DNA from: Candidatus Xenobia bacterium
GTDB lineage: Bacteria; Vulcanimicrobiota; Xenobia; Xenobiales; QWHO01
Assembly (NCBI GenBank): GCA_045863235.1
Contig: BTUM01000059.1
Span: 1 to 49,030, forward strand
Direction: 5' to 3'
DNA length: 49,030 bases
Part shown: positions 1 to 8,476 of the stretch, piece by piece
Layout of the letters: each line of letters opens with the position of its first letter
How positions within the stretch are numbered: the first letter of the stretch is position 1
Notes under the pieces: model-generated
What the model saw: only the letters and a program-made list of their open reading frames with translations
Database searches by the model: none
What the model was told of the DNA's origin: nothing
Translations under genes and position numbers: made by a program

Positions 1-306
1 GTACCTTGCCGAACTCAGAATTTTTTTCAAGGTTGGCTTGCCGAAAGCTCACGAAGGTAATGAGACTGAAGGTGCGCCAGGACGAGCCGCGCCTGGGGCT
101 CGAGTAGCCTGATTCTGGCCGGTCTCCTCCACCGGCAAACCGAGGGTGGTCGACGAGGTGCCACTTCCGATTATGGTCCCACGGTCCAGGCGGAAAATGA
201 AGGGAATAGAAGGAAATATTTCCAATAGAGAGGAGCACATTATGAATAATTCTCTATTAGATGGTTTCAGACTCTTAACTCAGTCGCTTTCATTGACGGC
301 AAGTTT

Positions 307-648
307 TTGCAGGAAAAATCGGTCAAAGGTGGCCGTCCCTCGAGGCCCGGAACGACTAAGGAACTACACGTCTTTTCGCGCGATGGAGAACATGGCTTTC
401 TGTGTTGTCTCTATGCCGTCGACCAGAAGGGCAAACTGAGCCGCTGGTCATTTCTTCTAAAACATGTCAGTGCTAGGGAAACTTGGAGAGTCGAAGTCGA
501 GCATGGGGTAAACAGTGAAACGTATCAGTCCGAGGAGATTCTGTTTGAAGCCCACAAGGAAACATCAGATCCGCAAGAACTCGAAGCGGCGTCTCATGAA
601 CTCCTTCAAACTCTGTTTGCGAGAGAGGAGCACGATAAGGATTCGTGA
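307..648 (+). CDS. hypothetical protein (start uncertain, lower-GC patch)
   Basis: Open frame in an AT-richer segment that overlaps the next ORF (GTGA). No recognisable motif. Confidence 0.35.
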   Translation: MQEKSVKGGRPSRPGTTKELHVFSRDGEHGFLCCLYAVDQKGKLSRWSFLLKHVSARETWRVEVEHGVNSETYQSEEILFEAHKETSDPQELEAASHELLQTLFAREEHDKDS

Positions 649-983
649 AAAAGTTTCATGGAGCCCTGGATTCGGGTCTCGCGTCGTTGTTGAATCCAAC
701 CGGCCACCTGAGTTACATCAATGGGCGCTGGGGCCCGGGAGCCGCCGAGGCCTCCGCCCAATCCAGAGCGGGCTACGACACACTGTTCTCGACCGATGGC
801 TGTCGCCTGGGCCTGGAAGAGCCGGTCGAGTTGGTGCACTGGGGCGCCGACGTGGAGTTGGTCACCCCCGGTGGCTCCTTCCGCTTCGACCGAGCCGTTC
901 TGACCCTGCCTCTGGGCGTGTGGCGCTCGCGCAAGGTGCGCTTCGAGCAGCCGTTTCCGGGCATTGACCGACGAGATCGCTGA
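645..983 (+). pseudogene. fragment resembling flavin-dependent amine oxidase
   Basis: FDRAVLTLPLGVW...VRFEQPFP resembles the amine-oxidase 'aD.vivTvPlgvL...i.F.P.LP' segment. Only 112 aa and no GxGxxG FAD motif. Confidence 0.45.
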
Positions 984-995
984 CGCTATCATGAT

Positions 996-1322
996 GTGAC
1001 CATGAGAACCACAAAAACGTCGGGAAAGACGCGACGGTGCGGAATTCGCGAGGCAAAGACAAACCTCAGCACGCTGTTGAAAGAGCTGCGCACCGGGAGA
1101 GAGATCGTAATCACTGACCGCGGCCGTCCGGTGGCCAAGCTTGTGCCTGTCGAGGCCGATGAGCTCAGCCTCGAAGAGTGGGTGGCCGACCTCGAGCGAA
1201 GGGGCTGGATCGAGCCCGGTGCAAGCGAGAAGGCGCGAACCCGACCCATCCCCGAGCCGATAAGGGCTGTGGCGCCTGGACGGGCCCAGGCGATCCTGCG
1301 AGAAGACAGAGACTCAACTTGA
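996..1322 (+). CDS. Phd/YefM family antitoxin
   Basis: GIREAKTNLSTLL...GREIVITDRGRPVAKLVP signature; lies directly upstream of a PIN toxin gene. Confidence 0.9.
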   Translation: MTMRTTKTSGKTRRCGIREAKTNLSTLLKELRTGREIVITDRGRPVAKLVPVEADELSLEEWVADLERRGWIEPGASEKARTRPIPEPIRAVAPGRAQAILREDRDST

Positions 1323-1741
1323 TCGAGGTGACCATTCCAGTCTATTGGGACACTTCGGCTCTTCTTTCGGCCCTTCTGGAAGACGGGCACACCGCGGAGG
1401 CTCAGGCCTGGTATGGCACCGAAGGGGTCCATCTGGCCTCATCGCTCGGCGCCGCAGAACTCTTCGCCGGATTCTCCCGCCTGGGACGCGAGGGTCTCGA
1501 AGCTCGTGACCTGGCTCGTGCTACTGAAAGCTTTCGAAATGGCTGGATCTACACGTCCGTGAGTCCGGACCCGGCACTGCTCCTCGAGCTCTCCCAGCGG
1601 TGGCCGTTGCGAGGAGCGGACCTGTGGCACCTGGGTCTTGCCGCCACTTTACGCGAAGAGCGCGCCGACTTGGTCCTGCTGACCTTCGATGAGAACCTGC
1701 GCAGAGCGGCCGAAGGGGAGGGACTGGACGCCAGAGCCTGA
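1319..1741 (+). CDS. vapC: VapC/PIN-domain toxin (start TTG 1319 or GTG 1328)
   Basis: VYWDTSAL, LRGADLWHL and LTFDENL PIN motifs; overlaps the antitoxin stop. Confidence 0.88.
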   Translation: MIEVTIPVYWDTSALLSALLEDGHTAEAQAWYGTEGVHLASSLGAAELFAGFSRLGREGLEARDLARATESFRNGWIYTSVSPDPALLLELSQRWPLRGADLWHLGLAATLREERADLVLLTFDENLRRAAEGEGLDARA

Positions 1742-1860
1742 GCGACCGATCAGGCCCGGGCTCGCCTGCAGCCGGGCCCTCCAGAAAGATCCCGGCCGAG
1801 GTTGGCAGCCGGGAAAAGGTTGGCTATCCTTCAGGTAGATACTCCAGGGAGGTAGCTCAC

Positions 1861-1950
1861 ATGGGAGACAAAGGCGGCAAAAAGGACAAAGAGAAGAGCC
1901 AGAAGCAGAAAGAAGCCCAAAAGAAAGCCAAGGCTGACAAGAAGAAGTAG
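1861..1950 (+). CDS. 29-aa lysine-rich small protein MGDKGGKKDKEKSQKQKEAQKKAKADKKK
   Basis: ATG at 1861 preceded by the strong SD GGGAGGT, TAG at 1948-1950, purine-rich coding bias. Below the ORF-track cutoff. Confidence 0.7.
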   Translation: MGDKGGKKDKEKSQKQKEAQKKAKADKKK

Positions 1951-2173
1951 CCAGATCGCGGCAGGCCAGCAGGAGCGAATCGGCCACTCAGTTCGTCGAG
2001 CACGTCTGAGCCCGGCGACCGCTGCCATTCGCGGGGTGCATCAGCCCAGTGGCGGCCCAGATCGTTCAGCCGTGAAGCCGGAGCCAGCCTCATCTCGGGG
2101 AAGGGGGGTATCCCAGTGCTGCCCCATCATGCAGGGCGCCGGCTCGCGGTCGCGCCATGAGCCTTAACGAAGC

Positions 2174-3352
2174 TCAGCTCCGGACCGCCTCGCGAACCAC
2201 CTCATTACAGTCGAATTCGGCCTCCTCGACCAGCCAACCGGGCAGAGCCTCCAACCGGGCCAGAATCTTCACCGCCTCACCTCGGCAGTTCGAGCAGGGC
2301 GAGCGCTCGTAAGCCCAGAGAAGCGGCTCGACCGCATCCGGCGGGGGGCTCCTGGCATACATGTCGACCACGCCGGTGACCAGGTCGTGCTCGGGTTCCC
2401 CCTGGCGCGGTAACTGCGAACTGAAGAGCGCGGCGTCGCCAGCCTCGACATTGGCGCCAAGGGCCAGCAGAAGATGCGAGGAGAGCCCGTCCCGGGCAAG
2501 TCGCTCCAGCACCGCCTCCCGGATCATGGGATGAGGAGTATTGCCCAAGGCCATGGCGGTCCTGCGGCGCAAGAGCAGCTCCGAGCTATCCAGGAAGACC
2601 AGCAACCGCCGGTCGAACTCGGGCAGTGCCCGCCGGGCAAAGGCCGAGAGGAGCTCGGTCGCCAATTCGGGGTCGGAGGTGCGCACCAACGCTTCCAGAC
2701 AAAGCATCAGCGCCTCCCTGGGGGCCCCGGCGCCCCAGGGGATGAGGCAGCGACCGGCCCGCGCCTGCTCGAAGGTGAGAGCGGCGTAAGCGTTCGGACC
2801 TCTGGTAAGCCGGTTCAAGATAGGAACCATCCCGAGCGCATTGATGCTCGAGTCGGCGACGGGCCGGTCGACCAGAGCTCCCACTTCCTCGAGGGCCTCG
2901 GCCAGGGTCGGGTCGAGGGGCTCGCGGGCTATCGCCAGCACGCGGCGCGCTCCCTCCAACCCGTCCAACCGCACGATCAGCTCCCCCACGACCCAGTCCT
3001 CCACCGCCTGACGCTCCAGGGCCGCATAGAGCGCCTCCCGTTCCCCCAGGGCGGCGGCCAGCTCGGCAGCGTGGCGAATATCCCAGTGGTGGGTGCCGGC
3101 GCGCAGCGTCTCACCGACCGCCTCTCGAGCTTGAGGCTCGACCCGTGCCAGACGCACCAGCCCCAGCACCCAGTCGGTGCGGTCCCACTCGCACTGCGGG
3201 TCATAGGCCGGATGGCACCGGCAGACATCGAGCAGCTGCTCCAGCACGCCCTGCGGGCCGTACCTGAAGAGATGCATCGCTGCTCGACCCAGCCCCGCTC
3301 TGGCTGCGTGGCCGAATTCCTCGTCCCCCAGCGGCAACCTGAAGCCGCTCAC
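2174..3352 (-). CDS. hypothetical helical (HEAT-like) protein
   Basis: 392-aa ORF coupled by a 4-bp overlap to the upstream luxC fusion. Leu/Ala-rich helices and a C-terminal CSNCR motif. Confidence 0.7.
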   Translation of the reverse strand: MSGFRLPLGDEEFGHAARAGLGRAAMHLFRYGPQGVLEQLLDVCRCHPAYDPQCEWDRTDWVLGLVRLARVEPQAREAVGETLRAGTHHWDIRHAAELAAALGEREALYAALERQAVEDWVVGELIVRLDGLEGARRVLAIAREPLDPTLAEALEEVGALVDRPVADSSINALGMVPILNRLTRGPNAYAALTFEQARAGRCLIPWGAGAPREALMLCLEALVRTSDPELATELLSAFARRALPEFDRRLLVFLDSSELLLRRRTAMALGNTPHPMIREAVLERLARDGLSSHLLLALGANVEAGDAALFSSQLPRQGEPEHDLVTGVVDMYARSPPPDAVEPLLWAYERSPCSNCRGEAVKILARLEALPGWLVEEAEFDCNEVVREAVRS

Positions 3353-6003
3353 GTCCGCTGGTCCACCACCCGCCGGATCTTTCCGGTGCGTGGAATGCGG
3401 GGCAGCTCGCCGGGGGGCACCAGCTCCACCTCCAGGCGGCGAAGCCAGCCCTCGCGCAGGGCCTCCTCCAGCTCTCCTGAGCGAGAGAGCAAGCTCTCGC
3501 GCGCCCTGGAGGCCAGCTCGGAGCTGCCGGCAGCGCTCTCCACCTTCACCGTCAGGCTGTCAGCCGCGCCCTCGCGGGTGGCCACCAGCTGAAACAGGTG
3601 GCTCAGCCCGCTGACCGCGTCCAACGCGGCGGCCACGTCTTCGGGATAGACGCTCACGGTGCCCACCCGCACCACGTCGTCGGCCCGGCCCTTCAGCTCG
3701 AAGAGCGGGGTGCGCCGGCCGCAGGCGCATTCGTGCTCGACCTGGCGGGCCATGTCGCCGGTGCGATAGCGAATCAAGGGGAGCAGCCGGCGATTGAGGC
3801 AGGTGATCACCACCTCGCCGACCTCCCCCGGCTCGACCGGACGGCCCGAGGCCGGGTCGAGCAGCTCGAGATACTGGTAGTGGTAGAGCAGGTGGTGCAC
3901 TCCGCCGGTGAGGTGGGGGCACTGGTACCCGATAGGGCCGCCGTCCACCGAGGCGTAGCCGGCCGAGAGCACCGTCTCGGCCCCGAGCACCCTGCCCAGG
4001 TATTCGCGCGCCTCGCGGTAGAGATGCTCTCCGCCATAGAGAATGCGGGGAATCTTGAGCTGCAGCCCCTGGCGCTCGGCCGTCTCGGCGATCTGAATCA
4101 GCACCGAAGGCAGGCCCACCATGGCGGTGGGGCGGAACATCTCCAGATAGCGCATCACCAGCGGCAGCTCGGCGTTGCCCGCGATGGGCAGGGTCACCCC
4201 GCCGATCTTGCCCAGCGCTTCGCTGGCTGCCAGAAACGAGGTCCACAGGTTGCCGGCCATGAACAAATTGGCCACCACGTCTGAGCTCGACAGGCCGGCC
4301 ACCTCGTAGACCGAGGCCAGGATGTCGGTCACCTCGTTCCATTCCTCGTAGGTGTAAAGCGAGAACTTGGGGGCCCCTGTGGAGCCACCGCTGGCGAAGA
4401 CGTAGGCCCCCTCGAAGGGCCCGGTCAGCAATCCCTGGCCCACCGGGGGCGTGTTGGCGCGAATCTCGGCCCCGGTCAGGAGCGGGATCTCGAGCAGCGC
4501 CCCGGGCTGATCCAGCTCGATCTCCTTGAGACGCTCGTGGTAAAAGGGCGAGCGGTCGCGGGCATACTCGAGCAGGTTCAGCAGGCGCTCGCTCTTTTCG
4601 GACCGGGCCGGGGTGGGGTCCAGGCGGCGGCCCACGTCGAAGCGCTCGGGTGCCGACTCGATGCTGCACCAGCGCAGCAGCTGGGCCAATTGGAAGGTGC
4701 CGTCGTGGGGCGATCCCATCTTGCCGGTGTGCATTCGGCCCAGCTCGGTGAAGCGGGTCACCCCCAGCGGAGCGAGGCGGTTGGCTACCTCGCGCAGCTC
4801 CACGCTCAGGGCGCCCACGCCCAGGCTCTGCAGCACCGCCTTGTAAGGACGCAGGGCTTCGGCGACCTCGGCCAGGCGGGTGAAGGGATGGATGCTCAGG
4901 CAGCGGTTGAGGGGCGAGCCCAACCGGTCCAGGCTGTTGCGCCAGAGCAGGCTCCAGGTGGCCCCGTGGCGCTCGAACGAATCCCCCACCAGTTGCCCGA
5001 AGGAGGCGATCTCGCGCTCTTTGAGCAGCTCGATCTCCTCGTCGCGGCTCAGCTCGGGCTGGGGGAACTCCTGCGCCAGGGCATCCAGGTGGCGGCCCAG
5101 CGCCGCCAGGAAACTCTGCACCAGATCCTCCTGAGGGCCAGGGTCGGGCAGCTGCAGGAAGAGCGATTGGGGCGAGCCGCAGGCACGCTGCTCCCACATC
5201 ACCACGTCGCGGGCCAGGCGTTTGGCGGCCTCCTCCACCCCTACCCTCTCGAGATAGGCGAAGGTGACCAGCGCCAGCGACAGTCGCGGCCCGTAGCCCA
5301 CCAGGCGAAGGCCAGGCGCGAGGCCGCCGCTCCAGGACTCCAGGGCCCTGGCCCCGCCCCACACCAGCAATCCGTCGGCCTTCTCCTTGACGACCTTCTG
5401 GAGCGCCGGATCGTGACCGTCGAAGGAGACCACCGCGAACGACCCGGCCACCTGGCCCGATGCGTCGAGTTGCTTCAGGCTGCGGGCGAAGAGCAGCGGA
5501 AAGAACGGATCCACCGAGGCCGCCTTCAGGATGTTGGCGTTCTTGGTCAGAAGGCCGTGTACCAGGGAATCGACCGCGCCCAGAAAGACGTTGCCTGGGG
5601 AGATGTGCACCACCACGCCCAGGGGGGCGGCGCGCACATAGCCCTGGTAGCCCGGGCGCCAGATCCAGCGGTCCAACGCTTCGGGCTGGCCCAGCTCGTA
5701 ACGCAGCTTGGCCAGCAAGTTGGGCCGAGCCAGAAGCTGCACCAGGGTCTCCAGGCCCTGCTCCACCATCTCGGGCGAAAAGCCCACCAGGCCGGGCAGA
5801 TGCTCCAGGGCCAGCCGGCGGCCCTCGAAGCGGGGCCGGGCCCAGAGACGGCTGAGCCGATCGAGCAGCTCGACGATCTCCAGCATGGGAACCTCGGCCA
5901 GTCGCTCCTGGGCGGTGCGGGCCCGATCGATCACCTCGGACAGGGTCTCGGCCTCGAGTCGATCGGGTTGACGCAGGGTCTCACCGAACAGGTAGTGGCT
6001 CAC
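3349..6003 (-). CDS. LuxC-type acyl-CoA reductase fused to PaaK-like (phenylacetate-CoA ligase family) adenylation domain
   Basis: N-half: PLGVVVHISPGNV, WGG, GYGPRLS, EQRACGSPQ, HDG. C-half: SGGSTGAPK, YASVDGG, IRYRTGD, GRADD, RTGK. GTG start at 6003 overlaps the luxE stop. Confidence 0.88.
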   Translation of the reverse strand: MSHYLFGETLRQPDRLEAETLSEVIDRARTAQERLAEVPMLEIVELLDRLSRLWARPRFEGRRLALEHLPGLVGFSPEMVEQGLETLVQLLARPNLLAKLRYELGQPEALDRWIWRPGYQGYVRAAPLGVVVHISPGNVFLGAVDSLVHGLLTKNANILKAASVDPFFPLLFARSLKQLDASGQVAGSFAVVSFDGHDPALQKVVKEKADGLLVWGGARALESWSGGLAPGLRLVGYGPRLSLALVTFAYLERVGVEEAAKRLARDVVMWEQRACGSPQSLFLQLPDPGPQEDLVQSFLAALGRHLDALAQEFPQPELSRDEEIELLKEREIASFGQLVGDSFERHGATWSLLWRNSLDRLGSPLNRCLSIHPFTRLAEVAEALRPYKAVLQSLGVGALSVELREVANRLAPLGVTRFTELGRMHTGKMGSPHDGTFQLAQLLRWCSIESAPERFDVGRRLDPTPARSEKSERLLNLLEYARDRSPFYHERLKEIELDQPGALLEIPLLTGAEIRANTPPVGQGLLTGPFEGAYVFASGGSTGAPKFSLYTYEEWNEVTDILASVYEVAGLSSSDVVANLFMAGNLWTSFLAASEALGKIGGVTLPIAGNAELPLVMRYLEMFRPTAMVGLPSVLIQIAETAERQGLQLKIPRILYGGEHLYREAREYLGRVLGAETVLSAGYASVDGGPIGYQCPHLTGGVHHLLYHYQYLELLDPASGRPVEPGEVGEVVITCLNRRLLPLIRYRTGDMARQVEHECACGRRTPLFELKGRADDVVRVGTVSVYPEDVAAALDAVSGLSHLFQLVATREGAADSLTVKVESAAGSSELASRARESLLSRSGELEEALREGWLRRLEVELVPPGELPRIPRTGKIRRVVDQRT

Positions 6004-7157
6004 ACCAGCACTTCCAGGGCCGTGATGGCGCAGCCTTTGTGCTTGTTGACTCCTCCGCGCCCCGAGAGGCGCAGGATGGGCGAGCGGCGCCCGCAGGCGC
6101 ACTCGGGCTCGACCCGGCCCAGGTCGGTGGTCAACAGCGAGATGGCGGGAAACGAGTGCAGGTATGGGGTCAGGAAGTGCAGCAGGCCTTCCTGGCCGGG
6201 CTCGAGCAGCTCGAGGGTGCGCGGATGGCGCACATAGACGCGCGAGTAACGCGGGATGTGCTTCTCGCCCTCCTCGCACTCGGTGTAGGGCACGCCGTGC
6301 TCGACCATGCCGTAAAGGTCGCGTACGTTCTGGCGGGGGATGCCCAGCCACTCGGAGACCCGGGTGCGGAACTCGTCGCGAGGGATCTCGCGATCTTGCA
6401 GCGTCTTCCAGCCCCCGCCGGTGAGCACGTAGCTCAAGGGCCCGAAGTTGAAATTGGCGCCGCGGCGCCAGACGCACTCTTGGAGAACCTCCCAGGTGTG
6501 AGCCGGGAAACCCAGGATACGCAGAGGATAGCGGGTGCGCTGAAAGCGCTCCAGGGCCTCCAGGCAGCTGTCCCGGTCGAGCTGCCAGCCCCCGTCGACG
6601 GGCCGGATGGCGTAGTGCACCTGCTGCACCCTGGTCAGCGAGGTCAGCAGCTGGTCGGAGAAGGCGGTGCCCAGATCGCTTGCCACGGCAGGGTCGTACG
6701 TGAAGCAGAGATAGTTGGTGCGGCGATGATTGCGCATGCCCAGGGCCCCGTAGACGTGGGCCACGATCTTGCGGATGCGCCGCAGCGAGACGCCGTCGAG
6801 CGGGATCGAGCTCGGGCGCCCACCGGTGCCGCTCGAGGTGAGGGTCAGCTTGATGGCCTCCTGCGGGCCGGTGAGCAGGGGATACTCCTTGAGCACGCTG
6901 ACGAAAAGATGAGGGATGCGAGGCAGATCCTCCTGGTGGCGCAGCTGCGAGGGAACGAAGCCCTGACGCCGGCAGTGCTCGCGATAGAGGGGGCAGTGCA
7001 GGAAATGGTGGGCGAAGGCCTCTCGCATGGCCCGCAGGAACATGCGCGAGGCGCCCGGGTGCAGCGTGAAGGCGGCCCGGCCGCCGATCAGGGTGGCGGT
7101 GGACCCCTTGAGGCGCCTTCGGATGGCCTCGGCGCGCTCGAGGTCGCGCTCAGGCAT
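6000..7157 (-). CDS. luxE: LuxE-family acyl-protein synthetase
   Basis: TSSGTGG, TGGGWK, DLYGMVEHG, LLTTDLG and a C-terminal GR...KGCA catalytic Cys motif. Confidence 0.88.
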   Translation of the reverse strand: MPERDLERAEAIRRRLKGSTATLIGGRAAFTLHPGASRMFLRAMREAFAHHFLHCPLYREHCRRQGFVPSQLRHQEDLPRIPHLFVSVLKEYPLLTGPQEAIKLTLTSSGTGGRPSSIPLDGVSLRRIRKIVAHVYGALGMRNHRRTNYLCFTYDPAVASDLGTAFSDQLLTSLTRVQQVHYAIRPVDGGWQLDRDSCLEALERFQRTRYPLRILGFPAHTWEVLQECVWRRGANFNFGPLSYVLTGGGWKTLQDREIPRDEFRTRVSEWLGIPRQNVRDLYGMVEHGVPYTECEEGEKHIPRYSRVYVRHPRTLELLEPGQEGLLHFLTPYLHSFPAISLLTTDLGRVEPECACGRRSPILRLSGRGGVNKHKGCAITALEVLV

Positions 7158-8322
7158 CCATCAGCTCCTCCCACAGGCTCGAGGTATACAGCTTGAAGAA
7201 CTCCAGCAGGAAGGGCTTGGAGTCCTCGGTCAGGCGCAGGCCCCGAAAGTGCAGGGGCACGAAGGTCTTGGAAGTCACCAGGAAATCTTCCCGCTCGCCC
7301 TGCCGGTTGAGCAGGGCGGCGGGAAAGTAGGCACAGGGCAGAAAGCCGGCCTGATAGGCCTGCGCCTGCAGTTCGGGCTCGTAGGCGCTGACCAGCAGCT
7401 CGAGGTAGACCACGCCCATGGCCTCGCACTGGTCACCCACCGCGTTGAGCACCTGCACCCGGTTGGCCTCGCCCGTGGTCAGGCCCACCAGGGTGGCGTG
7501 CCCGTCTTTGGGCTGGAAGTTGAGGAAGGCGCGCAGCTTGCTGGTGCTGTCGGCCAGAATCAAATTGGGCTGGTGCAGGGGGAAGAAGTCGTAGACCATG
7601 TTGCGGGTGGTCTTGAGCAAGAACCGGATCTTCTCCAGGTCGCTGGCGTCGTTTCGAACCGACAGCTCGATGCGCCCGGGAGGGGCGGTGGGAAGGCGCA
7701 CCGGAACGACTCGCGCGGGCTCGATGTCCAGCCGGCTGCGCACGATCTCATACAGGGTATGGGCCTGGGGGATGAGCCGGGGGGTGCGCCTCCTGGTCCG
7801 CAGGGCCTCCTTGCCCAGGCAAACTTTCAGGCCGTGAGTCTCGTAGCGCTGCACCTTGCGCACGTTGGGGAAGATGCCCACGTCCACGAAGCCGAGCTTC
7901 TTGAGGTCGTTGTGGAACTCGAGTGAGATGAAGGTGCGCACCACGGCGTAGATCATCTCGAAGGGGCCGCCCTCCACCATCAGGTGCTCGAGCGCCTGGC
8001 GCAGCATGTGCTCCATGATTTTCTGGCCCCGGTAGTCGGGGTGCACGATGCCGCCAAAGCTCTTGGCCAGCCGGTGCTCGGGCACGATGGCGATGATCAG
8101 CGAGGCCACGACGGTTTGCTCGTGCTCGGCCAGCAGCCAGATCACCTGATCGCTGGTCAGGGCTCGCCGCGTCTCCTCGGGATCGGCCACCTCGGGCAGC
8201 CCGTAGCGGTCGCCATAGGTAGCGAAATAGAGTCCGCGCACGGCCTCCTGATCGGCCACATCGGCCGGTCGCATGGCGACCGTTTGCCCATTGGACAGGC
8301 TCCAAGATTGCGTCAACGACAT
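7150..8322 (-). CDS. GNAT-family N-acetyltransferase (two-domain)
   Basis: VHPDYRGQKI acetyl-CoA binding motif; first gene of the lux-like operon. Confidence 0.8.
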   Translation of the reverse strand: MSLTQSWSLSNGQTVAMRPADVADQEAVRGLYFATYGDRYGLPEVADPEETRRALTSDQVIWLLAEHEQTVVASLIIAIVPEHRLAKSFGGIVHPDYRGQKIMEHMLRQALEHLMVEGGPFEMIYAVVRTFISLEFHNDLKKLGFVDVGIFPNVRKVQRYETHGLKVCLGKEALRTRRRTPRLIPQAHTLYEIVRSRLDIEPARVVPVRLPTAPPGRIELSVRNDASDLEKIRFLLKTTRNMVYDFFPLHQPNLILADSTSKLRAFLNFQPKDGHATLVGLTTGEANRVQVLNAVGDQCEAMGVVYLELLVSAYEPELQAQAYQAGFLPCAYFPAALLNRQGEREDFLVTSKTFVPLHFRGLRLTEDSKPFLLEFFKLYTSSLWEELMDA

Positions 8323-8476
8323 GCAGGCCGGCCTTCTCGCGCGGTGCTTGGGAATCCTCGAAGGACAGAAAAGGACCAGGGAGTCCAGGGTCGAATCTCT
8401 TGAATAAATTTACGCTGGGATTGTGTGATTCTCAACTCCATGCTTGCGCGACCCACAACGGGGATTTGGGGGGTTG

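Noticed and set aside
3349..8322. Bioluminescence operon
   Set aside because: No luxA, luxB or luxD in the window.
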